This document shows positions 26,568 through 39,681 of a stretch of DNA of 64,000 nt, one piece after another. A model generated the notes under the pieces. It worked only from the letters and a program-made list of their open reading frames with translations, was not told the DNA's origin and made no database searches. This DNA is from Trichosphaerium sp. ATCC 40318. Its lineage: Eukaryota > Protista > Tubulinea. A program made the translations under genes and the position numbers. The stretch's first letter is position 1. Each line of letters starts with the position of its first letter. The stretch spans positions 62,001 through 126,000 of the forward strand of contig JALMLS010000195.1 in NCBI GenBank assembly GCA_038496445.1, given 5' to 3'.

Positions 26568-27138
26568 CAGTGGATTCGTATGTTTAAATGAAGTATTGGT
26601 CAAACTGATTCGTAGAATTTGATGGCTGCAGTTCCAATTCTAACTCTGTTTTTAGGAAGCAAGACAATCTCAGTTTCTTCGTGTACGTTGCTTATCAGTC
26701 ACTGCACAAGTTTCTGGAAACCTGAAATCAGGATTGTATAGAAATATGGAAACTTCTAGAACCTTCCGGAACTTTCTGGAAATATTCTCGTGCGCTGAAT
26801 AGCTAAAAGGGGATTTTTGACACTCCAAATAGTGTCAAACCAACTTAAAACATACTGCAGAACCACCAACTGTAAGTACAGCTCATATTATATAGAATTA
26901 AAAAAACGGTTTGGTCCCACGTGTTTCATATTGTATCTACGTCTGTCAAACGGGAATGTTTTGCAATGGTTTGGCCTGAGCAGCTCTAAAACACTATTAA
27001 ACAAACATACAGAAGTGAAAACGCTACATAAGGTAAACTGCCTACCTGTTAAATTAGTTTTCTCGAGAAATTATGTGCACTGGGAACACTAAATATCGTG
27101 TTTTGTAAAAAAAAAAGTAAAGTAGAACCTTTTATTCT

Positions 27139-28065
27139 TTACGATTGCAGGTGATACATTTTTTTATCCATTATGACTTCATATTGAGGTACATTATTTT
27201 CAACGCGCCTAGTGACATCTCTGGAAATCTTACTACAATTGCGAATACACAACTTCTTTAAGAACTTTTTTTTTTCATCTTGATCCAATAAGTAGTTAAT
27301 ACCTTTATCACAAATACCTTCACAACCAATCAAATCAATGCTAAAAGCGCCAACAAGTCCCATGATACCTCTGCTTGTTATTCGTTTACAGGACCTCAAT
27401 ACAATACTTTTGACTCCTGACAATGCCAACAATCCATCGTCCTCTATTGGAGTGAAGCAAATATAAATTGTGTGAACACCTGATAGAGCCTTATAACCCT
27501 CTGCAGTTATATCAGTGTTGTATCCACCCAATTTTATTGTATGAACACCAGAAAGAGCTTTAAGGCCTTCGTCCGTTATTTTAAAGCAGTGCCCTAGGTC
27601 AATAGTATGAACACCATGAAGTTGTTTAATACAATCATCTGTTACATAATCAATTGCAGTAACAGAACGTCGTATGGTTTCTCTTCTATTCAGGTCAATT
27701 GTATGGACACCAGCGAGTGCTTCAAATCCCTTTGATGTTATTTCTAAAGGGAATTGGTAATAAGTACATCTTAGAACAAGGTTATGGACACCAGCAAGCT
27801 TGGAAAGGTCTTCATCTGTTGGTCTGTATAATCGTAAAATAATTTTAGTATTTTTTAACAGTGGACTACCGGACAGTATATCTAGTTTGTGTTTTACAGT
27901 ATTTGATATTGTAATACAATGATAACCAACATGTTTCTGGATTATATCAAATAACAGTTTGCATGTGAATGAAGATGCTATCTGACTTCTTTTTCCCATA
28001 AACCTGAAAATAATAGCAAGAATTTCTGGAGGTGTATCTAAAAAGGTATCCTGTTGTCTTGACAT
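27139..28065 (-). CDS. F-box + LRR (xGVHTIDL type) protein, single exon
   Basis: FLDTPPEILAIIFRFM (F-box); repeats such as LxGVHTIDLxxCxxITDEGLKAL. Confidence 0.85.
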   Translation of the reverse strand: MSRQQDTFLDTPPEILAIIFRFMGKRSQIASSFTCKLLFDIIQKHVGYHCITISNTVKHKLDILSGSPLLKNTKIILRLYRPTDEDLSKLAGVHNLVLRCTYYQFPLEITSKGFEALAGVHTIDLNRRETIRRSVTAIDYVTDDCIKQLHGVHTIDLGHCFKITDEGLKALSGVHTIKLGGYNTDITAEGYKALSGVHTIYICFTPIEDDGLLALSGVKSIVLRSCKRITSRGIMGLVGAFSIDLIGCEGICDKGINYLLDQDEKKKFLKKLCIRNCSKISRDVTRRVENNVPQYEVIMDKKMYHLQS

Positions 28066-29077
28066 GATGGCTTTCTTTGGCTCTTGTTTCAAAGTAAGGT
28101 TGTAAATGAATCGTAGGTAAACAATAACGCACGTTTTCACACGTAGAACTTTTGTTTCAAAGGTCTTGAGAACGGTATATTACGTTGAATTCTTCGCTAC
28201 CAGAAAAAAATTTAAAAGCTGCACATGCGCTGCTAAGAGAAAAACAAGAAAAACAATACGCAATGTAACGTGCAACGTCACCATGTTCAGTATGCATTCT
28301 TTCCAAGTATTTCCACGAAGATATTCATTGTGAACTTTGACGAAATACACAAATGTATTCTCTGAATGTATTACGTATGTCACTAATAAATTACGCTATT
28401 ATCCTACAACTAAGGCCACGTCTCTCTTACACGTATTCTCATCTTTCGTGTGCCCTTTAACGTTTCACGCAACCCTCTATAGCAACGAGAGAATACGTTT
28501 TAGCGATAGACAGGAAGACACGTAGTATAGTGTGGTAAACAAATCAGTTTTTAAGACTTAAAATGATAATCGTTGGCAGCCAGTACGCGAAAGAAACAGT
28601 TTGTTTGATTAAATCTTCGCTCAACTGACAAAGTTTGTATCATTGGTTTACTTTAACTAAACGTACAGTTAATGTTGTGATATCCTCCAAAAGTTCTTCA
28701 GAAGCGACCAGCAGTACTGAAATATGATAACACTAAACAGATAGATGTCGTTGTCAGTCAACGCGTAAATGATAAGTTATTTGTAAATTCTTATGTTCAT
28801 GTGATGGCTTCAGACCGTTTCCTTTTCAGTTCTAGTGCACACATTGTAGCAAACGGAGAATAGTCTAAAGGTGTAACTATTTTCAAGACTAAGCTATAAA
28901 CAGGGTTTCTGCATAGAACGAAACAGCGCCTCCCGCTTCACATGTAGTCTAAAGTATTTATTCAAGGGTCCAAAATGGGATTGCTTTAAACAATTGCGTT
29001 TTCGAAGGCACACTTGTTACCATTGATGAAGAATAAATTGTAAGGTCTCTATACAAGTTCAAAGGTTTTTTTTTTAC

Positions 29078-29155
29078 AATGAGTTAGAGAGGCTTGATGG
29101 AGTGGATTCTACACTTTCTAATATGAACCTCATGCCTACACAAGGGCACATCTAA
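29078..29155 (+). pseudogene. Orphan 3' fragment of HAUS1 carried along with the STOML2 duplication
   Basis: AATGAGTTAGAGAGGCTTGATGGAGTGGATTCTACACTTTCTAATATGAACCTCATGCCTACACAAGGGCACATCTAA matches the end of the HAUS1 CDS at 63628-63708 (-), with a 3-nt deletion. Confidence 0.85.
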
Positions 29156-29353
29156 TTGTAAAAAACCCGAAATAACTAGACCCAAAAAGAGTCAATAATC
29201 AATATTTGATGTATCAGCCAATCAGTTTTTATGTCGCTTTTCAAAACAATATTTATTGTCTTTCAGTTAACGTGCCTTTTTTTGTTTACAGTCGGTGTTT
29301 GAAGTTTAGCTGATACAGAATCTGAATATCATTCCAGTGTTTGTGTTCATTGG

Positions 29354-30884
29354 TTATTGTGTATCAGTTGACTCATCTTTTTTAGAGGTTGAATCTTTTC
29401 CTCCTGCTAAGCCACCCATAAGAGTTACAGCACGTCCAATAACTGAATCTACAGAACCAACATCTTGAGGTAGTACAACTGTGTTTGAGGATTGTACAAT
29501 CTTTTCAAAGCTCTTAAAGTACTCAGATGACAAGTTAGCCTTCAAGGCATTCTTTCCTTCCTCGTTGGCAAGAGATTTACCAACAATGGCGAGAGCTTCA
29601 GCCTTTTGAGAACCAGTGAGTTTAAAGCGAAAAAAAATGGATTTTCGACTTCTTGAACGTACTTGAGCGCTAGCCTTCATTTTTGTTGCATCTGCTTCTG
29701 CTTGTGCAAGCTCTCTTATTGTTGTTGCTTTTGCAGATGTTTCATTCAAGATACGAATCTTCATACCTTCAGATTCGTTAATATCTTTTTGTCTTTGACC
29801 TTCAGACACTTCAACCTAACATCTTTCTTAAAACTTTAATAAATGTCTTCAGAAAACTTACCATTCCTTGTTTCTTTGCAGTAGCCTCTAGAACCTGTTC
29901 CCTTCTGTTACGTTCTGCTGCAGCTTGTCTATCCATAGCCTTAGCGATCTACACAACTACAAGTCAGGAAAAGAGTCCAAACAAAAAAACGTGCACAAGC
30001 ATGAACTCACCATTGGGTCAGGTTTTATATCGGTGACTTCATAACGTAATACATTACACCTCCATTTCGTACAAGCATCTTTCATACCATCCAATAAGTT
30101 TGAGTTAAGAGTCTTTCTGTTGTGGAAGAGTTCATCGAGTTCAAGCTACACGAAGAAAAAAATGAGTCCAAACTTTACAAAAAAAAGTTCAAACTTGAAA
30201 AAACTTGTAAATAATTTTTCAGTCGTACTTTACCACATTCTGTACGCATAAGCGCTTGAGCCATCATTGTTATAGAATACAATACACGGCGAACTTTGTA
30301 GCTAGCGTCATGTGCATCTTCGATCTGCACGTATAGATTTCCTGAGAGGTGAACACTGTAATAATAAATTGGTCAGTTTTTGATTTTTTTACAAAAACCC
30401 ATTGAGTGAGTTCTAACCTGACGTTATCCCTTGTAACTGCGAATTGGGGTTCGATGAATATTGCCTGATGAGTTTAGATGCGAATGGTTGCATAGTTTGT
30501 ATTTTATTGTACCATTTCTCTCATATCGTGTACGTATGCAACTTTATCAATAAAAGGGATCGCTAAGAACCATCCTAGCGTTGCGTTAAAAATAACGCTT
30601 TTTTTTGCTAAACGTCTTAATACCTGACGGTTGAACAGCTAGGAACTTTCCCATGCGTTCTACTACCATATTGTACCCTTGAGGCACAATATTGAGAATG
30701 GTATTGGGTTTAGAAGGAGGATATTGATAGATATCGACTGAGCGGCTAGTATTCAACGAGTAACAGCGTTTAGGAGCTGTTTTCCGAACGTTTGTTCTGA
30801 CAGATACAGAGCGTGTTCTAATGGAGCCGTTATATGCACCATAATGCCAACATGTACGTACGCTTGTGTGTAGGCGCGTAACAT
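29354..30884 (-). CDS. STOML2: Stomatin-like protein 2 (SPFH/band-7), mitochondrial, copy A
   Basis: Transit peptide MLRAYTQATRSVSVR; NIVPQGYNMVVERMGKF, AVTRDNV, ELDELFHNR, VLRYEVTDI, QAAAERNRR, SEGQRQKDINESEG. Confidence 0.9.
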
Positions 30885-31062
30885 TGCTTCAGTTGAATAA
30901 TTGGGATGTTCAGTTTTTCGTCAAAAAACTTAACCTTAAAAAAATCAGTTGAATGAACTCACTTTTCCCGGTTTGGTAATCGTCCTCAAGGAACGAATAA
31001 TGCAAAGATGTGTCTCCTTACAAGGGGTTCTAGCTCTGGCATGGATTTGGTTGTACCAAATT

Positions 31063-33425
31063 TCAGCCAACACGTCTACCGTTTGACCTCTTCCTTGTAC
31101 CCTTCCTCTCTCGCTTACGTTTGGTCCAGAGACTGGCTAGGTTTTCCAATGGTAAAAAAGAGGAGAGTACAAGTATTGTCAAAAAGCTGGCTATCACGTT
31201 AATATTTTATCCATACTTTTTTTTTTTACAAATTACATTTGACCAGCTTTTTGTCTTGCAAATCTATCTGTGTATGTAATCATATCTTGTGTTATTGGAA
31301 AATAATGTACAATTCTTGATGCCCTTGCAAGTATTCTGTAATGTGTAATTGGATCATATTTAGCTAGATTCTTTGTATTCGCTTTTATCTTTGACCACTC
31401 TTTTATCAATGCAGATTTTGCTATTATCTTATAACAAGGTATCATAAAAAGACTACCTAAAAACGGAGATACATAAGCAAATAATAATAAAAAATTGAAA
31501 GATTTTGGTTTTCTGGTTGTCACTAGATTTTTGAGCTACTTTAATAGTATGTGCACTAGCATGGGTATGGGTCAATGATAATAAGTGGTGTATCACTAAA
31601 CCCAACTTTATTTTCGAAAGGGTAAAAAACAAACCATGGAACACAGATAGACAAAAAATCTTGAAATGCAAAAAAAACAAGACAGAACTTGTTTTTCTCC
31701 CTTTTGGGTATAATCAACCACCAAGATTAGAAGGTTCCATATGTTCAATACACTCAAAGGTGGTATTTTGAACGTACCTAATATCAAGAAACGTATACGG
31801 AGCATGTTAAACAGCATCAAAACAGTCTGTAATGTAAACTCCTTTTTTTGATCAAATCGACAGTCCTGGTGTTTACGTCAATTATTAAACCCTCAAGCGC
31901 AATAAAAAATATCTAAATACGTACTGTTGATTCTAAAAAGAGGTGCTGGAACTCATCAAACGAAGTAATTCCACTAAAACAAAAACGTTAGTAAAACTTT
32001 TTTTTTGTATCTGTTTTTTTTGTACTTTTTATATACAATAATAGGAGCACTTTCTATCCATTCTAGTGTATTAGAGAAAGATAATATAACTTCTAGACTC
32101 TAAAAAGGCAAAAGTTAAGATTATTTCATCTCTCCTTGGTCCACAACACGAAACGAAAGTCAAACTGATAAAAATCTTGATTTGTACCTCTTCACAAGAC
32201 TCAATGTGTTCTACCATATCATCCCATTCTTCTCTGCTATTCTTAGATTCTTTTTTTTTATTCTTTAGAAACTTATTTGGGTAATTCTTTAACAACAGCG
32301 ATACAAACTCAGCAGAAATACAAATAGCTAAAAAGAAACAAGTCAGCATGATCAAAAAAAAATCAAAAAAAAAAATCATTCATTCAGCTTCATCTTTTAT
32401 CACGTGCCTGCAAATTCGCCATCACACTTTAACCTATCGAATTTTTGTAGAATAATCTCATATTGATTTATTATTTCCCATATCAAACGATTCCTGAAGG
32501 TGTGAACTATTCCCAAATGATCCAATTGCAAGAAATACAAAAACTTGAGAATTTCAGATTTATAAGCCTCTAAAAAACCGCGGTTAAAAATTAAATCATG
32601 TCACGTGACAACTTTCAAAAACATTTAAAAAGATACTATAAATTACTACTATTAGGATCAGACGCACGTACCTGCATTCAAGTACTGTGGTTGCCCGTTT
32701 ACTAAAAATTCCATATCGATGAAATCAATATCCGGATCATGAATGAGTGCTACCTTGTAGTCATACCAAAAGAATCCTGGAGCTGACACAATTTGCCAGT
32801 GCATTTCTGAGGACCATCAATCTTGAAAGGCATCTCTAGAGCATAGTATTAGCAAAGAATAACGCGATTATGGATTGTGAGATCAAAACAACAAGAACGG
32901 CCTCCACAAGTGCGTACTGATTGTTACTTCATAGTTTATTTTGCCTAGGTCGAAGAGGCTTCGTAGTTTACGACCTGTAGAGTATGTGAAGCGTGGACGG
33001 CTTGTTTTGTGCATTATATCACGTATTGTCTTTAGATTTTTGTTATTAGGCGCTTTTTGCATAAATTCTCTACTTAAACGCTCTTTAGGTCTCTTTCGCG
33101 GCTTTTTGTTTCTCGTTGCGATAATCCGGTCAATTGCTGTTGCTGATTTCTTACCATAGCTACGTTGACAAACGCTTCGTAAAGTGTAAGCGTCGATATA
33201 GAAACAGTTTCAAAGCGCTGAAGCAATTTGGGTTTGTACTACCGCTAAAAGCGCTAAACACACTAGAAACCGTGTATTATGTACGTAAAAAGCCTAAATT
33301 ATTATACAGGAATGCTCACAGCTTGGTTGAAAATTTTTTAATCCTAGCTGTACGTACCGAAAGTTATAGCACTTTCTTGGGCGCGTTAAAGCTACATAAT
33401 GTCGTTTAGTAACAACTGAAAGCAT
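31063..33425 (-). CDS. Hypothetical multi-exon protein with probable mitochondrial transit peptide
   Basis: MLSVVTKRHYVALTRPRKCYNFR followed by a GT donor. Successive open exons with splice signals. No recognisable domain; exon structure uncertain. Confidence 0.45.
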
Positions 33426-33647
33426 AATGGCCGCTTTTGTTACGCTCGGTGCATAGAAAATTAGCTTTGCTGGCTTCAACAGAAGTCAAACATGTAAAAA
33501 ATATGTACTAGAGTCCAGTACAAAACGAAACGTTTGTGGCTAATAAGGGGGTAAATGTATTTGTACAATACGCGACAATGAAATAAACTAATCAAAAAAT
33601 TCGCGTAGCAGGTTAATTCTTTCTGTAAAAGCAGCGCTCCACAGCCT

Positions 33648-35268
33648 TTAAGGTTCACCTATAACTTCCACAACAGGTTCATCAGTACTAGCTGGAGAGG
33701 TAACGGTTTCTGGTGTTGTTTCTTTTTCCTCGACTTCAACATCACTACTTGGCTTTTCTACAGCTTCTTTAGGCGTCGTTTCAGGCGCAGCAGCGGTTGT
33801 AACAGCGGTTGTAGACTGACTTGGTTGTTCATCAATTTTAGTTGCTTCCTCTTCGCTAAAAGGAGCTGGTGGAATCTTAGCACACTCTCTCAAAGCAGCT
33901 TCCCATTTTTCTATTGAGTACTCTCTTTTTCCGCCGTATTGAGCGTCTAAATTATCCTCATCGATATATTTAAGTAAATCAGTTTGCTCTGGTAGATGTT
34001 GTATCTAAAAACACAATAGAGTCAGCTCAAACTAAATAATTTTTTTTGGAATCAAAAAAAACAACATATCTTTCTTAGTCTCTGACACGTACCCTATCAC
34101 ATAATTTCTTGGCAACAAACATACGTGCAACACTAAGTACATAGGATAAAATACGTGATCCATTGATAATCAAGATTTTTTTAATACGGATAGGAAATGT
34201 ATTCTAAAAAGATTCATTAATAAAGTAACGCCAATAAATTTTACGCCGGTATAACCTCTTGTATGCAATATAATTATGTCCCCTATAATTATAGGAATAC
34301 AAACTCAAGTGTATTACTACATAAAACACCCAGTAAAAAAACAAGAAACAAACAAACAAAAAAAAACAAAGTTTTTTTCTACGCACCTGCATTTTCCAAG
34401 CGTACTTACTGAAACTCAAATCAACTTGCCATACACTAAACTCAGAGAAATCAAGAATAAGAACAGCTCCTCTTCTTTGTAAATCCTCTCTATTCAAAAC
34501 GTCAAAACAGCAAGCAAAATAAATGAAAAAAAGTCACAAAACCAAACTTCAACATTGATAAAAAAAAACATGATAAAGGTTGAGTCTTCACGCGTACGTT
34601 TCATGAAACATGCCATACGTCATGTACCAAAGAACAAAATTCATTAATTTCTCGTGTCCGTGTTTCGCAAAGTCCATCTTTGCTGGCTTGGAGTAAATAA
34701 TACCATGGCCATCCTTGAATTACGGGTTAGACAACGTCGACAAAAACTGTTATTTTTGAAAAAAAAATTAATTCGTGTAAACGTGTCATCAACGCTTGTT
34801 TTTGATGTCAGACACCGTTGTAAACGTAAGAATGAGTTATGGGTAAAAAAGGTATTGTTAAAAATGCCCGGGCTGCTGAGTTTAAGAGTCTAAAGGTATT
34901 AGGCGCGTACTATGCTTCTGGAGCCAGGTATAATCCACAGGGTGCCTGTTTGCACAATTTCTGTGTTCGTGTCTGTCCACTCGTGGCTTGGGGTGCATTT
35001 GGTGTCCTTACATAACCCATTGTACTTGTCTAGCATCCTTCCCACGGAATCGACTCTCAAGTCTCTGCTTAGTAAGCATATGTACAAGTAACGCTCGTGG
35101 AAGCCTTTTAGATACATTAGCGCTTTGTAGAAAGAATATCAGACCTTTTGAAATCGGTTGTTCCTTTAAAACTGCCAAAGCTTTTTTTTCTGCCTCAGCG
35201 TCAGCTTTCAGCGGCACGTCATCAGGAAAATCGGGTTCGCGCGGTGATCTCGATAAGAAGCTGAACAT
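33648..35268 (-). CDS. CRAL-TRIO (Sec14-like) lipid-binding protein
   Basis: GAVLILDFSEFSVWQVD, FPIRIKKILIING, YIDEDNLDAQYGG, and an acidic/Thr-rich tail. Confidence 0.8.
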
Positions 35269-35588
35269 TGTAGGGTGTTACGATTTACTACCGGTACGCT
35301 TGTTTCGTGCGCGCTCCTAGCGATGGAACAAAATTGACAATTTAAGCTTTTTAGTAACCCTTTACCTTAACTGACCACCCCGACGTTTCTCGGCCGTACA
35401 GCCACAGGTCACATCAAAGGTCACGTCTCAGTAATAGAGTGCATGATGTTCTATTTTTCCTGTTTTAGCACGTGTGTTAAACAAGCTACCCTGCTAATTG
35501 TATAACGCGTGTAATGAAAGCAAACTGCGCTTTCAATTACACCTTAAGTTGTAGCACCCCTTAAATTCTCATTTCTTGACAGAGGAGC

Positions 35589-38500
35589 ATGCTACGGCTG
35601 GTAACACGCCAGTCGCGACCGTGTGCGAGTGCATATAAGCCAAAGCAAGCGCAAATACGCGTACCAAAGCGTTGGGTAGAAATTAACCCAGCGTTAATGC
35701 CAGCGTACCTAAAACGTGGTATTTATAACCGTACGTATAGAAACACGCGATTATATACAAATAAACGCTATACGCGTCCAATATACCTCTAATATACGTA
35801 GGTAAGCATATAAAAGAAATTCACTACCTCCTTTCGCGTGAAGAAGTTTGGCATTCTGAAAAAAAATGTAAAGAGTTCCTAGACTTCGTATGAGCGTCAT
35901 ATACCTTCAATATACGTCTAATATCATTAAACAAACAGGTTGCTCATAGATATGATGTAAGAGAACCGAAAGATTGGCAGAACATTAGAAAAGTGGATGT
36001 TTTAAAATGTGGAGGGCGTGGATTGCTTGAGTACGTTTTATGTTGCATTGGCTATTTTTTTTTTAAATGTGGCCATGTTTATAGTTAACACCTTGATAGA
36101 AAGTATCGCTCAGTGGGACGTGCATTGGTTGAATTACGTCCTGAAGAAGGCCATGATGCAAAACTTATTGACAGTATGAAAATTTTCTTATTTTTTTTTG
36201 AAAAGTTTTTCATTTCACACGTGAGTTGTTATCCACATGGACATGATCAAGTTGATCTAAAATTATATGTTATTTTTAACAAAAATGCAACTACTAAAAG
36301 CATACCTGTAGAGAGCATTAGAGTACCATCAACGGTTTGGGCAGATAAGAAAAATCAACGCGAGTTTTTAGATTATGTGCGCCTCCTCATCACTGAAAAT
36401 CATTAACTATCATTGAAAAAGGTTGGTAAATTGCTACTAGAGAAACCTGTTCCCGAAGGTTGGTATCTTTTATCTGGACAAAGACGCCAAGTTAGCAGTT
36501 TTGGTGGTGACCCTTTCCTAAAGTATGGAACATAAAAAACTCTTATAGCGCTCAGACTTACCTGCTTTTCTCAGGCACCATTCGATGAATTTAGGCTCTG
36601 CACTAATGGACCTCTATCCAGAGGTCGATTGGCAAGGATGGAAGTTTGGTACATACCGAATACTTTAGCCATCTTTACTTCTTTCGGTAATCAAAACTCT
36701 TAACTTTTACTCCAAGATCAGCTCCCTGTGGATTACTTTGCCAAAGTGTCGAACCAGCGAAGATATTTACTAGAAGAAGTAACACTACTTTTTAGCTATT
36801 TATCTTACTCTATTAATTGAATTACAAGGGTCTTAAAGAGCTAGGTATTGAAAAATACACAGATTGGTATAATATTCGTCAACAAAAACTTCTTGAAATG
36901 GAGTTGCCAGCTCAGCTTCTTGAGTACGTTTTTAACCTACTATAGCAAAGTGGATACTGAACAATGGCTTAACTTATTTTTTGCAGAGTATATGGTAATA
37001 ATCTTGCTGAGGCCTTATTAACAATATTCCCTGAAGAGTCTTGGAAAGCTTGGAAAATAGGTATTCCAATTGTTTTCTTTTGTTATTAGTTCAATAACAT
37101 TACGTCCTTCTAAGGAGGACTTATTAGCCGCCTTTTACTGTGTCAAACTACACTTTCTTTATATAAGCCTACATCGGACGTTGATTAATTGTGATATATA
37201 GATGGCGAAGTACCTCCAAATTTTTGGGCAAAAAAAGATAACATTGTATCATTTATAAGGTAAATCCTGTGCAGCTTTGTTATACCTAAAAGTATATTAG
37301 AGACATTCAAGATGAGTTTAAAATAACACCAGATCAATGGCAAGATCAGAGTATTACAGTGAGAGGAGGGTTGAACGCATTACGTGTATACGAACAACAC
37401 AAAGAAGCTTTTTTGGATGCTTTGAAAACTCTCAACCCAAGTTTTACCTTTGATACTTCTAAGGTAGAAGCAGCCAACTCTATTAGTAATTTATATAAAG
37501 GGTACGGTTACTATTGTTACAGAACATCTTATTAACAAACATTTTAGACTTGTTTTTTGGTACACAAAGAGGATTTACCCTAAGAGTGAAGTACAGAAAG
37601 ATTTCGTTTTTAAGAATGATAAAGATGATACAGGAGAATTTGAAAAAGAGATAACACTTACTTCGTATATACCTGATAAACGTCTTGGGTTTATTTATTT
37701 GGGTAAGTAATTTTTTTTCGGACATTAAAAAAAAGTGTGACGTGTTGGAGCTCATATTGATCAAGTTTAAAAATAGGTAGAGACGTTTTAAAGAGTTCAA
37801 CAGGCACTTTCCATGACCCAGATGAGTTGTATTATAATTTTCTTGAGAAACAAAGGGAGTACCTTGAAGCCAAAGGCAAGTTGTTTTTATACCACTTTGA
37901 CATTAAGTACCTTTTTTAACTGGCTTGTTGTAGGTGTTGATATAGTTTACATCCCATACTGGTGGCGTGCTGATCGTAACACCTTTGAATCTACGCTTCA
38001 CCAAGTGAGAGAGGACTTTAACGAGCTCCCAGAACAAGTTCATCCGCTTCTCAAAGGACCAGGTAATTTTTTGTTGTTTTGGAATTAAGGCGAAAGATGA
38101 TTCTGATCTACAATCTGTTGTAACGTTTTTCCAATGTTGGTACAATTATTGGTAGTCCTAAATATCTTAAGGGAGTTACATGATGCCATTGCTACTAAAA
38201 ACACAAGAGTTTACAAAAACAGGTGCGGATTACAGTACCTGTAAAACGCTAACAATTTTATTGTTAGATATCTGTCGTTATGGATACTACCCAATACCAA
38301 TGTTTGCTTTCTTTACAAAGCGTACATTTGAAGGAAAACATACAGTCAACGGATGGTAATATTACTTTTATTCTGAACTTGATAAATCAGTGAAAACATC
38401 TAATTTTGGATGTTGATTTAGGTATATTTCGGAAAAACTTGACGGCATTAGAGCATTTTGGGATGGTATTAATTTTGTTTCAAAAACAGGTCATATAATA

Positions 38501-39681
38501 CCTGCACCGGATAAAATTCTTAATATGTTCCCACAACACATACCCTTGGATGGAGAACTATGGTACAGTTTTTTTTTAACGTTTTGCCAGTTTGCTATTT
38601 TTTTTGGTCGTATTAAAGCAATGATCACGAAATATTCAATTTTAATTTAGGGCTGGATACGATACAACTGTAGAGCAAATGGTACATAAAATTTATAAGG
38701 ACAAGGATTGGACCGGTACGCTGGAGTTTATACTTTTTTTTTACAACTTTTTCTTCTTTTTGACTGCACGTATTCACGCGAACCAGACGCACTTGTTTGG
38801 AGTATTTATATTGATTAATCTCTTTAGGTATTAAATTTCATATTTTTGATTGTACTGTCATTGGTAAGCGTATGAAAGCGCGATGGGATGCAGCAAAGTA
38901 CACTTATTAATTTTTTTTTTTGTACTTTCGGTTTTACTTACTGTTTAAAGCGCTGTTGTTAAACCCGATCACCCATTTTTTGTACTTATGAAACAAGATA
39001 TAATCAATAGTTTTAAAGAAATATATGATGAGTATGCTGTTGTAAAAAAACGAGGCGGTATGCATATAACATGAAACATCACAAAAACTTTTTTGTTCTT
39101 CTAAGGTTTACAAAACTGAACTAACTACTATTTTCCTTTAGGTGAGGGTGTTGTTGTGAGAAAACCTCATTCATTCCAAGCCACTGGAAGAACCAATACA
39201 ATACAAAAGTACAAGGTAACATTTCTCACATGAAACATTTTTTTTATTTTGGATAAAAGCCTACACAACTACCAAAGAAAGACCCTGTCACTACCACTCG
39301 TTTACACTTTGCCCTTTTAAATTGTTTTGCTAGGGTCATTTGGATCAAGAAGTCCGATTTTTAGAGTTAGTACCAGGACTAAATAAGTTTAAATGCTTGA
39401 GGTACAAGCCCTTGTGCCGCAATCTTCTATGTTCTCAGTTTTTTCTCACTTCATTTTCTAGGCCAACGGGACACACAAGTACAACACATATCGAAATAGC
39501 GTGTACACCAGAACAATATGCAAGCCCACCTCCTAAAGGGTCAATACTTACAGTAAACATTGATGATGATGAGCACAAAGGGAGGATTTGGATAAACCCA
39601 GTATACTCAAGAATTAATTACGAAATGGACTGGAATACAGTAATGGCTGAATGGAAAATGAATATGGAACCTATTCAGTGA
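35589..39681 (+). CDS. Putative mitochondrial fusion protein: 4 helical W-rich repeats + degenerate RAP/PD-(D/E)XK-like domain + minimal ATP-dependent DNA ligase (adenylation + OB domains)
   Basis: Arg-rich N-terminus; repeats such as VWADKKNQREFLDYVGK...EGWY...GG...ALMDLYPEVDWQGWKF; SYIPDKRLGFIYLG...GVDIVYIPYWW; ligase motifs ISEKLDGIRAFWDG, LDGELW, FHIFD, GGEGVVVR, KYK, NPVYSRI. Confidence 0.8.

Larger units (their letters stand above)
29078..31013. repeat. Copy A of ~1.9-kb inverted segmental duplication (partner 61741-63708)
   Basis: Reverse complement nearly identical to the partner across exons, introns and upstream region. Confidence 0.95.

Noticed and set aside
32670-32835. Apparent in-frame TGA suggesting stop-codon reassignment or selenocysteine
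   Set aside because: Exon boundaries here are uncertain and a downstream acceptor avoids it; TAA, TAG and TGA all terminate other genes in the window.
35589-39681. Integrated giant-virus or Polinton segment suggested by the ligase, MORN and LRR genes
   Set aside because: The ligase gene is intron-rich, and no capsid, packaging ATPase, polB, integrase or terminal repeats are visible.
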